Virus record (IMG/VR): IMGVR_UViG_3300020042_006808
Source: an uncultured virus (IMG/VR IMGVR_UViG_3300020042_006808)
Taxonomy: Duplodnaviria; Heunggongvirae; Uroviricota; Caudoviricetes; Crassvirales
DNA: 64,000 bases
Strand: one strand, 5' to 3'
Shown: piece after piece, positions 39,091-46,796 of the stretch
Position numbering within the stretch: position 1 is the first letter of the stretch
How the letters are laid out: every line of letters begins with the position of its first letter
Translations under genes and position numbers: made by a program
The notes under the pieces: model-generated
What the model was told of the DNA's origin: nothing
The model's input: only the letters and a program-made list of their open reading frames with translations
The model's database searches: none

Positions 39091-39390
39091 TTATCTATTT
39101 CTTCTTTTATTTGACCTTATAGCGCCTGCTAATGCAGTTACTCCAGTCGCTGTTGAAATAGCTTCTCCAATAGCAGAGCTTATTTTTGCAGCTCTATCAA
39201 TTCTTTTATCAACTAATGTCCCTGCACGAGATGCTTCAATATTACTTTTCCATCTGGCCTGCTTCTTCTCTTCCATATACTCTTTTTTTGTAAGAGTTCT
39301 TTTTTGTCCTAGCTTGTCATCCTCCCGCTTAAAATTAGGGGTAGGTGCTAATGGAATATCAGGTCTGATTTTATTTTTACGAGGCTTCAT
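39091..39390 (-). CDS. Small basic protein (start MKPRKNK)
   Basis: ATG at 39390 lies just after the stop of the upstream 41-aa gene. Confidence 0.55.
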   Translation of the reverse strand: MKPRKNKIRPDIPLAPTPNFKREDDKLGQKRTLTKKEYMEEKKQARWKSNIEASRAGTLVDKRIDRAAKISSAIGEAISTATGVTALAGAIRSNKRRNR

Positions 39391-39391
39391 G

Positions 39392-39517
39392 TTATTTTTT
39401 CTTTTTAGTAAGAACTCCCTTAGCAATCAATATGTCCTTTTTTGTTACTTCCCCATCGCCACTAACATCAGGGAATCCTTTCTTCTTGATAGCAGCCTTC
39501 TTAATGATATTTTTCAT
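39392..39517 (-). CDS. 41-aa peptide with an EF-hand/dockerin-like loop
   Basis: MKNIIKKAAIKKKGFPDVSGDGEVTKKDILIAKGVLTKKKK (DxxGDGxVxxxD). Confidence 0.6.
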   Translation of the reverse strand: MKNIIKKAAIKKKGFPDVSGDGEVTKKDILIAKGVLTKKKK

Positions 39518-39521
39518 AGTC

Positions 39522-39812
39522 TTAGTATTTGCCTCTACGTCCTTTTGGATTGCTTGTGGTTGAGCCACCCGGCCCCGCCCATAAATTTTTACACGACCAA
39601 TATCTTGGCGTTAACTTATCAGTTGCCGTGTCACAACTGTGTCTTGCTTTAAAACTCTTACGAGCAGCAGAGCTATAGTTGTTACCATAGCCCTTTGCAC
39701 CAAAGTGGAGGAGCTTCTCCTCCCCCCCGGAACAACCTTTAACCATCTTCTTCTTTCCCGCTTTATCGGAAGGAACAGGACGGTTACACTGCATCTTTGA
39801 CTTGTCAGCCAT
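39522..39812 (-). CDS. Small basic conserved phage protein
   Basis: KLLHFGAKGY...ARKSFKARHSC...TPRYWSCKNLW. Confidence 0.7.
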   Translation of the reverse strand: MADKSKMQCNRPVPSDKAGKKKMVKGCSGGEEKLLHFGAKGYGNNYSSAARKSFKARHSCDTATDKLTPRYWSCKNLWAGPGGSTTSNPKGRRGKY

Positions 39813-39817
39813 TTGTT

Positions 39818-39988
39818 TTATTTGCTTCTATATGCTCTAGTAGAATTACCTTGTCTTCCGGCATCTATTTTTACTTCTTCTACAGCTGCTTCTACAGCTA
39901 TAACAACAGGCACTTCTTTGATTACAGGAGCTTTTATAACTTCTTCCCGCTCAATAAGTCCTGACTTTACTTCTTTAACATTTGCCAT
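39818..39988 (-). CDS. 56-aa hypothetical protein (start MANVKEVK)
   Basis: ATG at 39988 just after the stop of the upstream gene. Confidence 0.55.
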   Translation of the reverse strand: MANVKEVKSGLIEREEVIKAPVIKEVPVVIAVEAAVEEVKIDAGRQGNSTRAYRSK

Positions 39989-39992
39989 AATT

Positions 39993-40280
39993 TTATTTTT
40001 TATCTGCTTTTCTATCTGCACGTTTCTTAATTGTTGAAATGATTTTACCTTCAACCTTAGCAAAATTAGCTTTGGCTTTATCAACTTTAGAGACAGCCTT
40101 CTCTACTTTAGCAGCTCCTTTAGCTGCGTTCTCCTTCTTCTTGAAATACTCCTTAGGAGAATCAGTGCTTGCAATTGAAAATTTGCTTACTACTTTACCA
40201 ACCTTATCTTTGGCTTTCTCAACTTTCTTTTCGGCTCAATTATACTTTCGATTAAACGCGCCCTTTACCATTAATGCCAT
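39993..40280 (-). pseudogene. 95-codon Lys/Ala-rich gene interrupted by an in-frame TGA at codon 15
   Basis: MALMVKGAFNRKYN*AEKKVEKAKDKVGKVV...KRADRKADKK; TGA at 40236-40238; fills the intergenic gap exactly. Confidence 0.7.
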
Positions 40281-40282
40281 GA

Positions 40283-40470
40283 TTACTTTGCTTTCTTAAC
40301 AATACTAGCTACGCCACCTGCTTTGATTGCAGACTTAGCGCCTTTAGAAGGAACACCACCTGACATAGCCAAAGGCTTAGACTTCATTGGGTTCTTAATT
40401 GATGGACCCCCTCCACCTGCTGGTGGCTGCAATCTTGAAGATGCGGGAAGATTTGGAACTGATTTTTTCA
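40283..40470 (-). CDS. Small basic Gly/Pro-rich protein (likely start MKKSVPNL, end coordinate approximate)
   Basis: A-rich leader AAAACAAAAACGAAA before the ATG. Confidence 0.55.
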
Positions 40471-40493
40471 TTTTCGTTTTTGTTTTAAAGTTA

Positions 40494-40745
40494 TTAATAA
40501 TCTTTGTATTTCTGTTTAAATGTTGCCAGCCCACCAAGTCTACCTAGTCCTGATATTCTAGTAGCACCACCAACTCTTCGCTCTCTGTTTCTAGCAAGGC
40601 TATCTTTAAGTCTCTGCTCACCTTTTTGCATAGCAGCAATATCCTTGGCTTGCTTGTTCTTAAAAGTAATGGAATCCAACTCACTTCGGAGACTTTTTAC
40701 CTCCTCATCTGTGGTTTTTTCCTCAGGTTTCTTTTTATCCGCCAT
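40494..40745 (-). CDS. Small basic protein, first gene of the late small-gene cluster
   Basis: 83-aa ORF downstream of the promoter box at 40773-40780. Confidence 0.6.
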   Translation of the reverse strand: MADKKKPEEKTTDEEVKSLRSELDSITFKNKQAKDIAAMQKGEQRLKDSLARNRERRVGGATRISGLGRLGGLATFKQKYKDY

Positions 40746-40759
40746 AATTATAATTTATT

Positions 40760-40780
40760 TACCTTTGCTTTACAAATGTA
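40760..40780. promoter_or_regulatory. Overlapping face-to-face Bacteroidota -7 boxes
   Basis: TACCTTTG (+, 40760-40767) and TACATTTG (-, 40773-40780) both match TAnnTTTG. Confidence 0.65.
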
Positions 40781-40794
40781 ATAAAATAAAATTA

Positions 40795-41259
40795 ATGAAA
40801 TCAAGCCCTTCAGACTACTTAAAATTTTGGCGTGTAATAAGATATTACGTAAAAGCCAAGCACCAAATAAGTCAGGCAGACCTTGACATTATCCTGTTCT
40901 TATACTCCGAGGGATATTTTGGTAAAGAAAAGTTTGAGCAATATGTGCAGCTAGTTAGCTGGAATAAGGAACGCTTTGACGACCTACTAAGAAATAAGTG
41001 GCTTGAACGCTTCAGAAGAAGAGGTACTGATGGTCGAGCCCTGTACTCTTTAAGCGACAAGGCAAAAAATTTAGTAAGAGACATCTATAGGAAACTTGAG
41101 GGAGAAGAGATTCCAACGAGCCTCTCCTTTAACCCCATGTTTTTAAAGAATGTCTGCTACAATGATAAAGTATATCGAAATATGATTCTTGAAATGAATG
41201 CCTACAACAAAGTAAACAAGTATCATACGCCAATAAAAGAAGATGACAACGATGGTTAA
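40795..41259 (+). CDS. Winged-helix (MarR-like) DNA-binding protein; true start probably 40795
   Basis: ISQADLDIILFLY...FDDLLRNKWLERF...ALYSLSDKAKNLV; the only + strand gene in the late arm; A-rich leader. Confidence 0.65.
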   Translation: MKSSPSDYLKFWRVIRYYVKAKHQISQADLDIILFLYSEGYFGKEKFEQYVQLVSWNKERFDDLLRNKWLERFRRRGTDGRALYSLSDKAKNLVRDIYRKLEGEEIPTSLSFNPMFLKNVCYNDKVYRNMILEMNAYNKVNKYHTPIKEDDNDG

Positions 41260-41513
41260 ATCACCACCACCACGTCGCGCTCAGAAATAATCGTATACTG
41301 CTCCTCGTTGATTAGCATAGTGAAACTATGAGCCTTGTCATAGTACAGCTCATCGCCCTCATCAATTACGTCAACGTCAGTGCCTGTAGCAATCACCTCA
41401 GCTCTTTTGTATCGCAACTGATTAGTATCTTCACCCGATAGTATCAGACCACTCTGAGTCTTAATCTCTTCTTGTATGTCTTTAACGACAATATACTTTC
41501 CTATTGGTCTCAT
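41256..41513 (-). CDS. groES: Co-chaperonin GroES
   Basis: MRPIGKYIVVK...KTQSGLIL...AEVIATG...EGDELYY...YTIISERDVVVVI. Confidence 0.9.
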   Translation of the reverse strand: MRPIGKYIVVKDIQEEIKTQSGLILSGEDTNQLRYKRAEVIATGTDVDVIDEGDELYYDKAHSFTMLINEEQYTIISERDVVVVI

Positions 41514-41517
41514 ATTT

Positions 41518-42024
41518 TTATTTCCAATGATTGTTCTCTTTCTCCCACCAAAATGTTAGGTCATGAGTCTCATTATTGTAGTACTCACCCACGTAGTCAG
41601 ACTTATAAACTGAGCCTATGTTCTCAAACATAGACACAGAGTAAATGTCTATCAGACCTCTTTGTCTTAAATGATTCTCCAAGAAAGTATAGTTGCTCCC
41701 CCTGATGACACCAGCCTCTACCATCAAGACCCTCTTGTCGCCAATTTTATCTTGATAGATATCTAGAATACTATTTAGCTCATCGACATAAGTCTTGTCC
41801 CAATTTTGGTCAGGATATGGGACGTCTACCCCAAAACCATCACAAATCTCACCATCAGCACTCAATAGGTGCCTCAGAGTCTGACCAATTACAGATGAGT
41901 AGTCTGTAGACACCGTTACTACAATTGTATTAGATGCATTGAACCCATCTCTGATAAGCTCTGCAGCAATGTCCTCTATCAACAACTGCTCGTCATTGAA
42001 AGATACATTAAGTAGCTCTCTCAT
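41518..42024 (-). CDS. Divergent type I phosphoribosyltransferase-fold protein
   Basis: KRVLMVEAGVIRGSNY resembles the PRPP-binding loop (normally VLIVDD...SG.T); C-terminal SDYVGEY...FWWE. Confidence 0.55.
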   Translation of the reverse strand: MRELLNVSFNDEQLLIEDIAAELIRDGFNASNTIVVTVSTDYSSVIGQTLRHLLSADGEICDGFGVDVPYPDQNWDKTYVDELNSILDIYQDKIGDKRVLMVEAGVIRGSNYTFLENHLRQRGLIDIYSVSMFENIGSVYKSDYVGEYYNNETHDLTFWWEKENNHWK

Positions 42025-42272
42025 AATAGTTTTACAAATAATGGAGTCTTTTCACCAACGTATGCCCCTAGAATATTGTAATCATAAAACTCAGAAGCCT
42101 CATCATAACTCATCCCGTCTTCCATTAGTATTCTTATGATTTTGTCAACGTCATAAACAAGTCTACCACTAGCATCGTCAAGGCCAATTATAGCATCATC
42201 ATAGCCGTCAGCTATGAGAAATTCTTCATCAGGCCACAACTCAATCATTTGCTCAATCTTAGTTCTGCTCAT
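42021..42272 (-). CDS. Conserved small acidic phage protein (likely start MSRTKIEQ)
   Basis: ADGYDDAIIG...VYDVDKIIRILM...EASEFYDYNILGAYVGEKTP. Confidence 0.65.
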   Translation of the reverse strand: MSRTKIEQMIELWPDEEFLIADGYDDAIIGLDDASGRLVYDVDKIIRILMEDGMSYDEASEFYDYNILGAYVGEKTPLFVKLL

Positions 42273-43875
42273 AGCTTCGTGCCATTGTAATGATGGCGTT
42301 AGTGGATAGAATTGTGACGGCAACACTGACTGCGTTCTGCAATGCAGACCTAGTTACCTTAAATGGGTCAATAACACCCATCTCAATCAGGTCGCCCATC
42401 TGACCTGTCTTTAAATTGTAGCCATGCCCTACAGGAGTACCGTCCTTATACACGTCACTAGGCTTTAACCCTGCATTTGCAAGGATTTGTTGGAATGGAG
42501 CCATCAATGCGTTGCGTACAATAGCCATCGCTGCAGTATACTCCTTAGAAATTGACTCAGGGTCAACTAAATCAGCACTCTCATCAAGCAATGCCTTGCC
42601 TGCACCGGGCAATATACCCTCCTCAAGGGCACTTCTTACCGCACATACAGCGTCATCGACCCTATCATACAGCTCCTTCTGCTCCAAGTCAGTCTGACCA
42701 CCCACAAATATGACACCAATGCCCCCTGTAAGGGACGCAATACGCTCCAACATGAAGTCCTTGTCTGCTTTTCGGGTCGCCTGCTCATGTGATTGCCACA
42801 ACTGAGCCACTCTCGCATCAATTGACCCTTGGTCAACTTTTGCTGAGCTACGAATAATTATGGTTTTGTCCTTTGACACGATGACTTTTGACGCATGGCC
42901 CAAGTCACCATAGTTAATATGACTCAAATCATCACCCGTCTTCTCACTAAAGTAGGTTGCACCTACACTAATCGCAATATCCTGCATCAGCTCGTGCTGC
43001 TTGTAGCCAAAATTAGGCGGTGCCACAGCACAAACCTTTAAATTACCCTTCATGCTGTTAGCAGCAAGCGTGTTTACCACGTTCACATTGCACGGTGAGA
43101 TAATCAATAGCTTCTTACCCTCTGAAATAATTGGCTTCAGCACGTTCTCAATCTGCAAAATGTTTGCAATCTCCATGTCAGCCACTAATATCATCACATC
43201 ATCGAAGATGCACTCGTCCTTCTTCAAGTCATTAATGAACAGATTGCTCAAATAGCCCCTGTCAATCTTTAATCCCTTCGTAGTCTGAGAATATGTCTCG
43301 CTAGTTTGGCTTCGCTCAACAGTAACTACACCACTCTTACCAACCTCCTTGTAAAGCTCAGAGATAATCTTCCCAATCTCTCGGTCATTATTAGCACTGA
43401 TAGCAGCCACATCCAATAACATTGACGTGCTGACCTTCTTAGCTTTCTTACGAAGCTTCTCCACCACCTTATTGCTGATGTCCACCATGTGTCGCAACAC
43501 CTCTGTTCTGTTCATGTTATCAGTGATGTGCTCAAGCCCTCCAAGTACCAACCCTTCAGTCAATACAATTGCAGTAGTAGTACCGTCACCAGCCGTTGTA
43601 GCAGTCTTGTCTGCCGCTTCCTTCATCATCCTAACCGCAAGGTTCTCAACTGGGTCAATCAAGTCAATTGACTTGGCCACAGTTACACCGTCCTTGGTTA
43701 CCGTAATTCCATGTGTGTGATTTGCACTCTCGATTAATACCGTATTGCCCGAAGGGCCAAGAGTTGACTTTACAGCCTTCGACATCTTAATGATGCCATT
43801 GATTAGTTTGGTTCTACCCTCAGTGCCAAACTTTAAGTCCTTGGGTGAATAACCCAGTCCTGATGTCTCTACCAT
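42259..43875 (-). CDS. groEL: Phage-encoded chaperonin GroEL
   Basis: STLGPSG, VTKDGVTVAKSI, AGDGTTTA, ISANND, DDAVCAVRSALEEGILPGAG, GVIDPFKVTRSALQNAVSVA; no GGM tail. Confidence 0.95.
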   Translation of the reverse strand: MVETSGLGYSPKDLKFGTEGRTKLINGIIKMSKAVKSTLGPSGNTVLIESANHTHGITVTKDGVTVAKSIDLIDPVENLAVRMMKEAADKTATTAGDGTTTAIVLTEGLVLGGLEHITDNMNRTEVLRHMVDISNKVVEKLRKKAKKVSTSMLLDVAAISANNDREIGKIISELYKEVGKSGVVTVERSQTSETYSQTTKGLKIDRGYLSNLFINDLKKDECIFDDVMILVADMEIANILQIENVLKPIISEGKKLLIISPCNVNVVNTLAANSMKGNLKVCAVAPPNFGYKQHELMQDIAISVGATYFSEKTGDDLSHINYGDLGHASKVIVSKDKTIIIRSSAKVDQGSIDARVAQLWQSHEQATRKADKDFMLERIASLTGGIGVIFVGGQTDLEQKELYDRVDDAVCAVRSALEEGILPGAGKALLDESADLVDPESISKEYTAAMAIVRNALMAPFQQILANAGLKPSDVYKDGTPVGHGYNLKTGQMGDLIEMGVIDPFKVTRSALQNAVSVAVTILSTNAIITMARSYEQN

Positions 43876-43934
43876 GTGATTGAATTTGATTTAGTCTTTT
43901 AATTACCCTATGCCTCACCAAGGTGTGGCATGAG

Positions 43935-43942
43935 CAAATATA
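43935..43942 (-). promoter_or_regulatory. Bacteroidota -7 promoter box of groEL (one of at least eight in the late arm)
   Basis: TATATTTG on the minus strand. The same TAnnTTTG box occurs at 7870, 16255, 20537, 36620, 38343, 40773 and 44657, each just upstream of a gene start. Confidence 0.7.
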
Positions 43943-43968
43943 AGCATGAATGACAATTTTACAAACTC

Positions 43969-44222
43969 ATGTCGATTTTATGCGGATAATTACAGAGTAA
44001 TGTCGATTAATAACCTGAACATCAGACTCTTGTCGGAAATGTCAATTTATTTTCCCTACTTCTTCTATATATATATCCCTCCTTTATATTTTTTTTCCCC
44101 TTATATTTTCTCTTAAAAATCGACATTTTCGACATTAAATAAATAAAGTATTAATAATCAATAAGTTAAGAAAAAAAAATCGACATGAAAATCGACATAA
44201 AACCATGTCAATAATGTCGGTT
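43969..44222. repeat. Origin-like element A: AAAATCGACAT repeats, AT-rich core, IHF-type site
   Basis: AAAATCGACAT at 44116, 44176 and 44188, inverted at 43969; (TA)n core near 44066; AATCAATAAGTTA at 44156-44168 matches WATCAANNNNTTR. Confidence 0.6.
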
Positions 44223-44346
44223 TTAAAAGAATCAATACCTTTTGGTCAGATTGTTCATAGGTAGCAGCATCCAATGAGACATTGGATATTGGAAAAAACT
44301 AATTTCGTTTCAAGTATTCCGTGGCCTGCCATGGAATAATGGCAAC

Positions 44347-44377
44347 AAAAAAAGGGACCTAATCTAGACCCCCCTTT
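44347..44377 (-). terminator. Probable terminator after 44402..44635
   Basis: AAAGGG...CCCTTT stem followed by a T tract on the minus strand. Confidence 0.45.
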
Positions 44378-44401
44378 CAAATCAAACACCCGAAACACTA
44401 T

Positions 44402-44635
44402 CTAATATTCTCCCATCATGTCGCTTCTCATGTCTCCCATGGAAACACCTTCAGCAATGATGTCAATTTTTTCCATACGCTTCATGGCCTTCTTTGCTAT
44501 AGCAGCCTGAGCAATGCCAGACATACTATCAGGTCTGTTGTTAATCAACCTACCACCTTGGACATCTAGCCCATTGCCCATCATCATCTTACTCGCATAT
44601 ACGGAGTTACTCAATTTTAATCCTTTCATAATCAT
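44402..44635 (-). CDS. Met-rich small protein
   Basis: 77 aa with its own promoter box (44657-44664) and terminator. Confidence 0.6.
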   Translation of the reverse strand: MIMKGLKLSNSVYASKMMMGNGLDVQGGRLINNRPDSMSGIAQAAIAKKAMKRMEKIDIIAEGVSMGDMRSDMMGEY

Positions 44636-44929
44636 TTTTTTTTAGTTGCAACTTCCCAAAGATAATAACTTTTAGATTAATAAAACTTCCACAAATGGGA
44701 ACTTATAGGTTGTCACAAAAATATATAAACCCGTGACAAATTGGAACGCTTTGCTCGGATTAATTCCGAATTACATTATATGCCAAAACATATACCGCAC
44801 AATAGATTTGGCAAATTATACGTGAGCGCATATAATTGACCGAGAGTCAAATTTTACACTAGATAATTAGAGTGTGGGGGCTATATAGCAGTTTGACGCA
44901 GCGAGCCGTCAGCAGAAAGTCATTTTATT

Positions 44930-45200
44930 TCAAGGGGGTGGGGGTCTGATTTGGTTGCCCCTTGTCCGATTTTTTGGCTTTTCCATGGGCAGGGTAGCCC
45001 ATGGGGTAGCCCCGTGGCTATGGGTAGCCCCATGCCCCATGCGTTCGCCCCACGCTTCGCCCGTGCCGTGCCCTTGTCACCAGTACAATTGCCTTGCCTC
45101 CACATGAATGCAAGTAATGAATGCACAAAGGGGACACTAGAGCCGTCAAGGTTCAACTGGAGCAACTGGAAAACAGGGGACAGGGGACACTAGAGCCCTC
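44930..45200. repeat. GC-rich non-coding island with short direct repeats at the strand switch
   Basis: GGGTAGCCC three times (44992, 45004, 45022); GGGGACACTAGAGCC twice (45130, 45183). Confidence 0.8.
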
Positions 45201-45310
45201 TTTATCCCCTCTCTTTCCTTGTCACGCTCAAACTTAGTACACGATTAGTTCGTGTGCTAACTACTTGACCCGAAAATATTTGCATATATTTTTAAAAAAA
45301 AATATCAAAA

Positions 45311-45344
45311 CACTTGCATAGTATTTAAAGATGAACTACTATTG
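45311..45344 (+). promoter_or_regulatory. Early promoter 1
   Basis: CACTTGCATA...TACTATTG; the same upstream 10-mer and spacing recur at 48531-48564. Confidence 0.6.
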
Positions 45345-45385
45345 TACATCATTTAATCTAAACATCTACCAAACACCTACTAACC

Positions 45386-45634
45386 ATGCTAAACTACACT
45401 AAACTAATGTCTCTGAATCCTACGATTTACAAGACATTTACTAATTCACTTGACCAATTGATTCTATTGGTAGAACACCCATTGAGAGGGGACGAAAGTC
45501 CAGTAATAGTTGTATGCGAAGAATTAGCATTGGCTGATTACTCTGACTTCTATTAGTTAGGAGAGATTGACGAAGTTGGAGGAGATTATGAAATGGGATT
45601 TATTGCAAATGAGTTATTTCACGGACTAAAATAA
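45386..45634 (+). pseudogene. First early gene, 82 codons with an in-frame TAG at codon 57
   Basis: MLNYTKLMSLNPTIYK...DYSDFY*LGEIDEVGGDYEMGFIANELFHGLK; TAG at 45554-45556. Confidence 0.6.
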
Positions 45635-45647
45635 AAACACAAACACC

Positions 45648-45866
45648 ATGGAAAATTTTCTAGCAACCACATTAATTATTGAGAAGCATTTTAAAGCCAC
45701 CAAACCTGCTTGGGAGTGCATCTACATCGCAATGGAGTTAGAGCCGTACTACAAAAATTTGCTTCTACTTGAGGCATTGGCTCCGACACAAGTGGCCGAT
45801 ACAATCCTGCACGACTACAACGGCCTACGAAGTGATGATGACTACTTCGTTCCAAGACTAGGTTAA
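45648..45866 (+). CDS. Early hypothetical protein
   Basis: 72 aa with A-rich leader; its stop codon lies in hammerhead 1 stem I. Confidence 0.65.
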   Translation: MENFLATTLIIEKHFKATKPAWECIYIAMELEPYYKNLLLLEALAPTQVADTILHDYNGLRSDDDYFVPRLG

Positions 45867-45910
45867 CTGAAGAGGATTTAATATCCGAAACCGCTTAGGC
45901 GGTCTTAACC
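45861..45910 (+). ncRNA. Hammerhead ribozyme, type I (HHR1)
   Basis: GGTTAA CTGAAGA GGAT-ttaat-ATCC GAAA CCGC-ttag-GCGG TC TTAACC: complete CUGANGA/GAAA/UH core with all three stems Watson-Crick. Confidence 0.92.
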
Positions 45911-45924
45911 AAAACCAAATAACT

Positions 45925-46131
45925 ATGCTAAGTTTATCAGACAAATTAAAACACTCTCTAGCCTCTGATATGGCTAAAATTGATGCGGTAGATTTACCCC
46001 ACGAAACTTATGAGCAACATTATTCGACCCTTATGAAGTGGAGGGATTTTGATTTGCTTAACTACTGGGTGCATAATCAAGGAATTTTTGATGCAGGTGA
46101 AATTTTAATAAACAAAATAAAACACTTATAA
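45925..46131 (+). CDS. Early hypothetical protein
   Basis: 68-aa ORF with A-rich leader. Confidence 0.6.
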   Translation: MLSLSDKLKHSLASDMAKIDAVDLPHETYEQHYSTLMKWRDFDLLNYWVHNQGIFDAGEILINKIKHL

Positions 46132-46156
46132 ATTAACCCCAAAACACTCAAAAATT

Positions 46157-46690
46157 ATGAAAGTAAAATTCAGTTCTAACTCCGACCTAGCCCGTGCTTG
46201 GGCTAACCAAAGCCAACCCGAGGGCAAAGGCAACTCCATGTTCTTTGTCAATGAGAACGTATACTCCTACGGCTACCACTATGTGGCTGGTACTATTCTA
46301 GAAGCCAAGGATGGCCAAAAGGTAGCCATTGTCAATGGCACGTCTTATAGCGTGTCTACTGCCAAACACGTGGGTGAGGTCATGTCGGCTTCAATTAAGC
46401 TATACCACACCTTTAAAATCCCATTTGGCAGTTCCTTTGGATTCAGTTCCTTCAGCGTAGACAAGTTGCCATTCATCTTGAAAGTGATGACCAAGGAGGT
46501 GGAGAAGTTGTCAGAGAAGCAACTACGGGCACGTACGTCAACGCATAACTTCTACATGGCCTTGCACAAGGTGGACGACATTAAAGAGTTAAGCAGACTC
46601 TTTGACCTTCCCGTTCCCAATACATCAAGTTTTAAATACTTTGGCGAGGCTTCTAAAAATGCATACAGAAAGGAGCAAAACCATGGATAA
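46157..46690 (+). CDS. Early hypothetical protein
   Basis: 177 aa; WANQSQ...VYSYGYHY...YSVSTAKH. Confidence 0.7.
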   Translation: MKVKFSSNSDLARAWANQSQPEGKGNSMFFVNENVYSYGYHYVAGTILEAKDGQKVAIVNGTSYSVSTAKHVGEVMSASIKLYHTFKIPFGSSFGFSSFSVDKLPFILKVMTKEVEKLSEKQLRARTSTHNFYMALHKVDDIKELSRLFDLPVPNTSSFKYFGEASKNAYRKEQNHG

Positions 46691-46796
46691 GAAAATGTGG
46701 ATTGATGGCCTTGGCTGGGTGATTGAGGTTACCATAAACAGGCTGAATGAATACGGCATAAACGAGCCGTACGTGGAATACAGGCAGGTTAACTGA
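46683..46796 (+). CDS. 37-aa early peptide (MDKKMWIDGLGW...)
   Basis: Overlaps the upstream stop; its TGA is part of the CUGA core of hammerhead 2. Confidence 0.5.
   Translation: MDKKMWIDGLGWVIEVTINRLNEYGINEPYVEYRQVN

Noticed and set aside
40504..40794. N-terminal 97 aa of ORF 40504..41259
   Set aside because: It is antisense to gene 40494..40745 and spans the promoter; the real start is probably ATG 40795.
43905..43935. CIRCE heat-shock operator upstream of groEL
   Set aside because: The inverted repeat does not match TTAGCACTC-N9-GAGTGCTAA.
44920..45193. ORFs 44920..45165(-) and 44951..45193(+)
   Set aside because: They arise from GC-rich repeats, with atypical composition and no A-rich leader.
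43969..45200. CRISPR or mini-CRISPR array
   Set aside because: The repeats are only 9-15 nt, irregularly spaced and in both orientations; no cas genes.
39993..45634. Genome-wide stop-codon reassignment
   Set aside because: The two internal stops are different codons (TGA and TAG), both codons end many other genes, and long genes are intact in the standard code.
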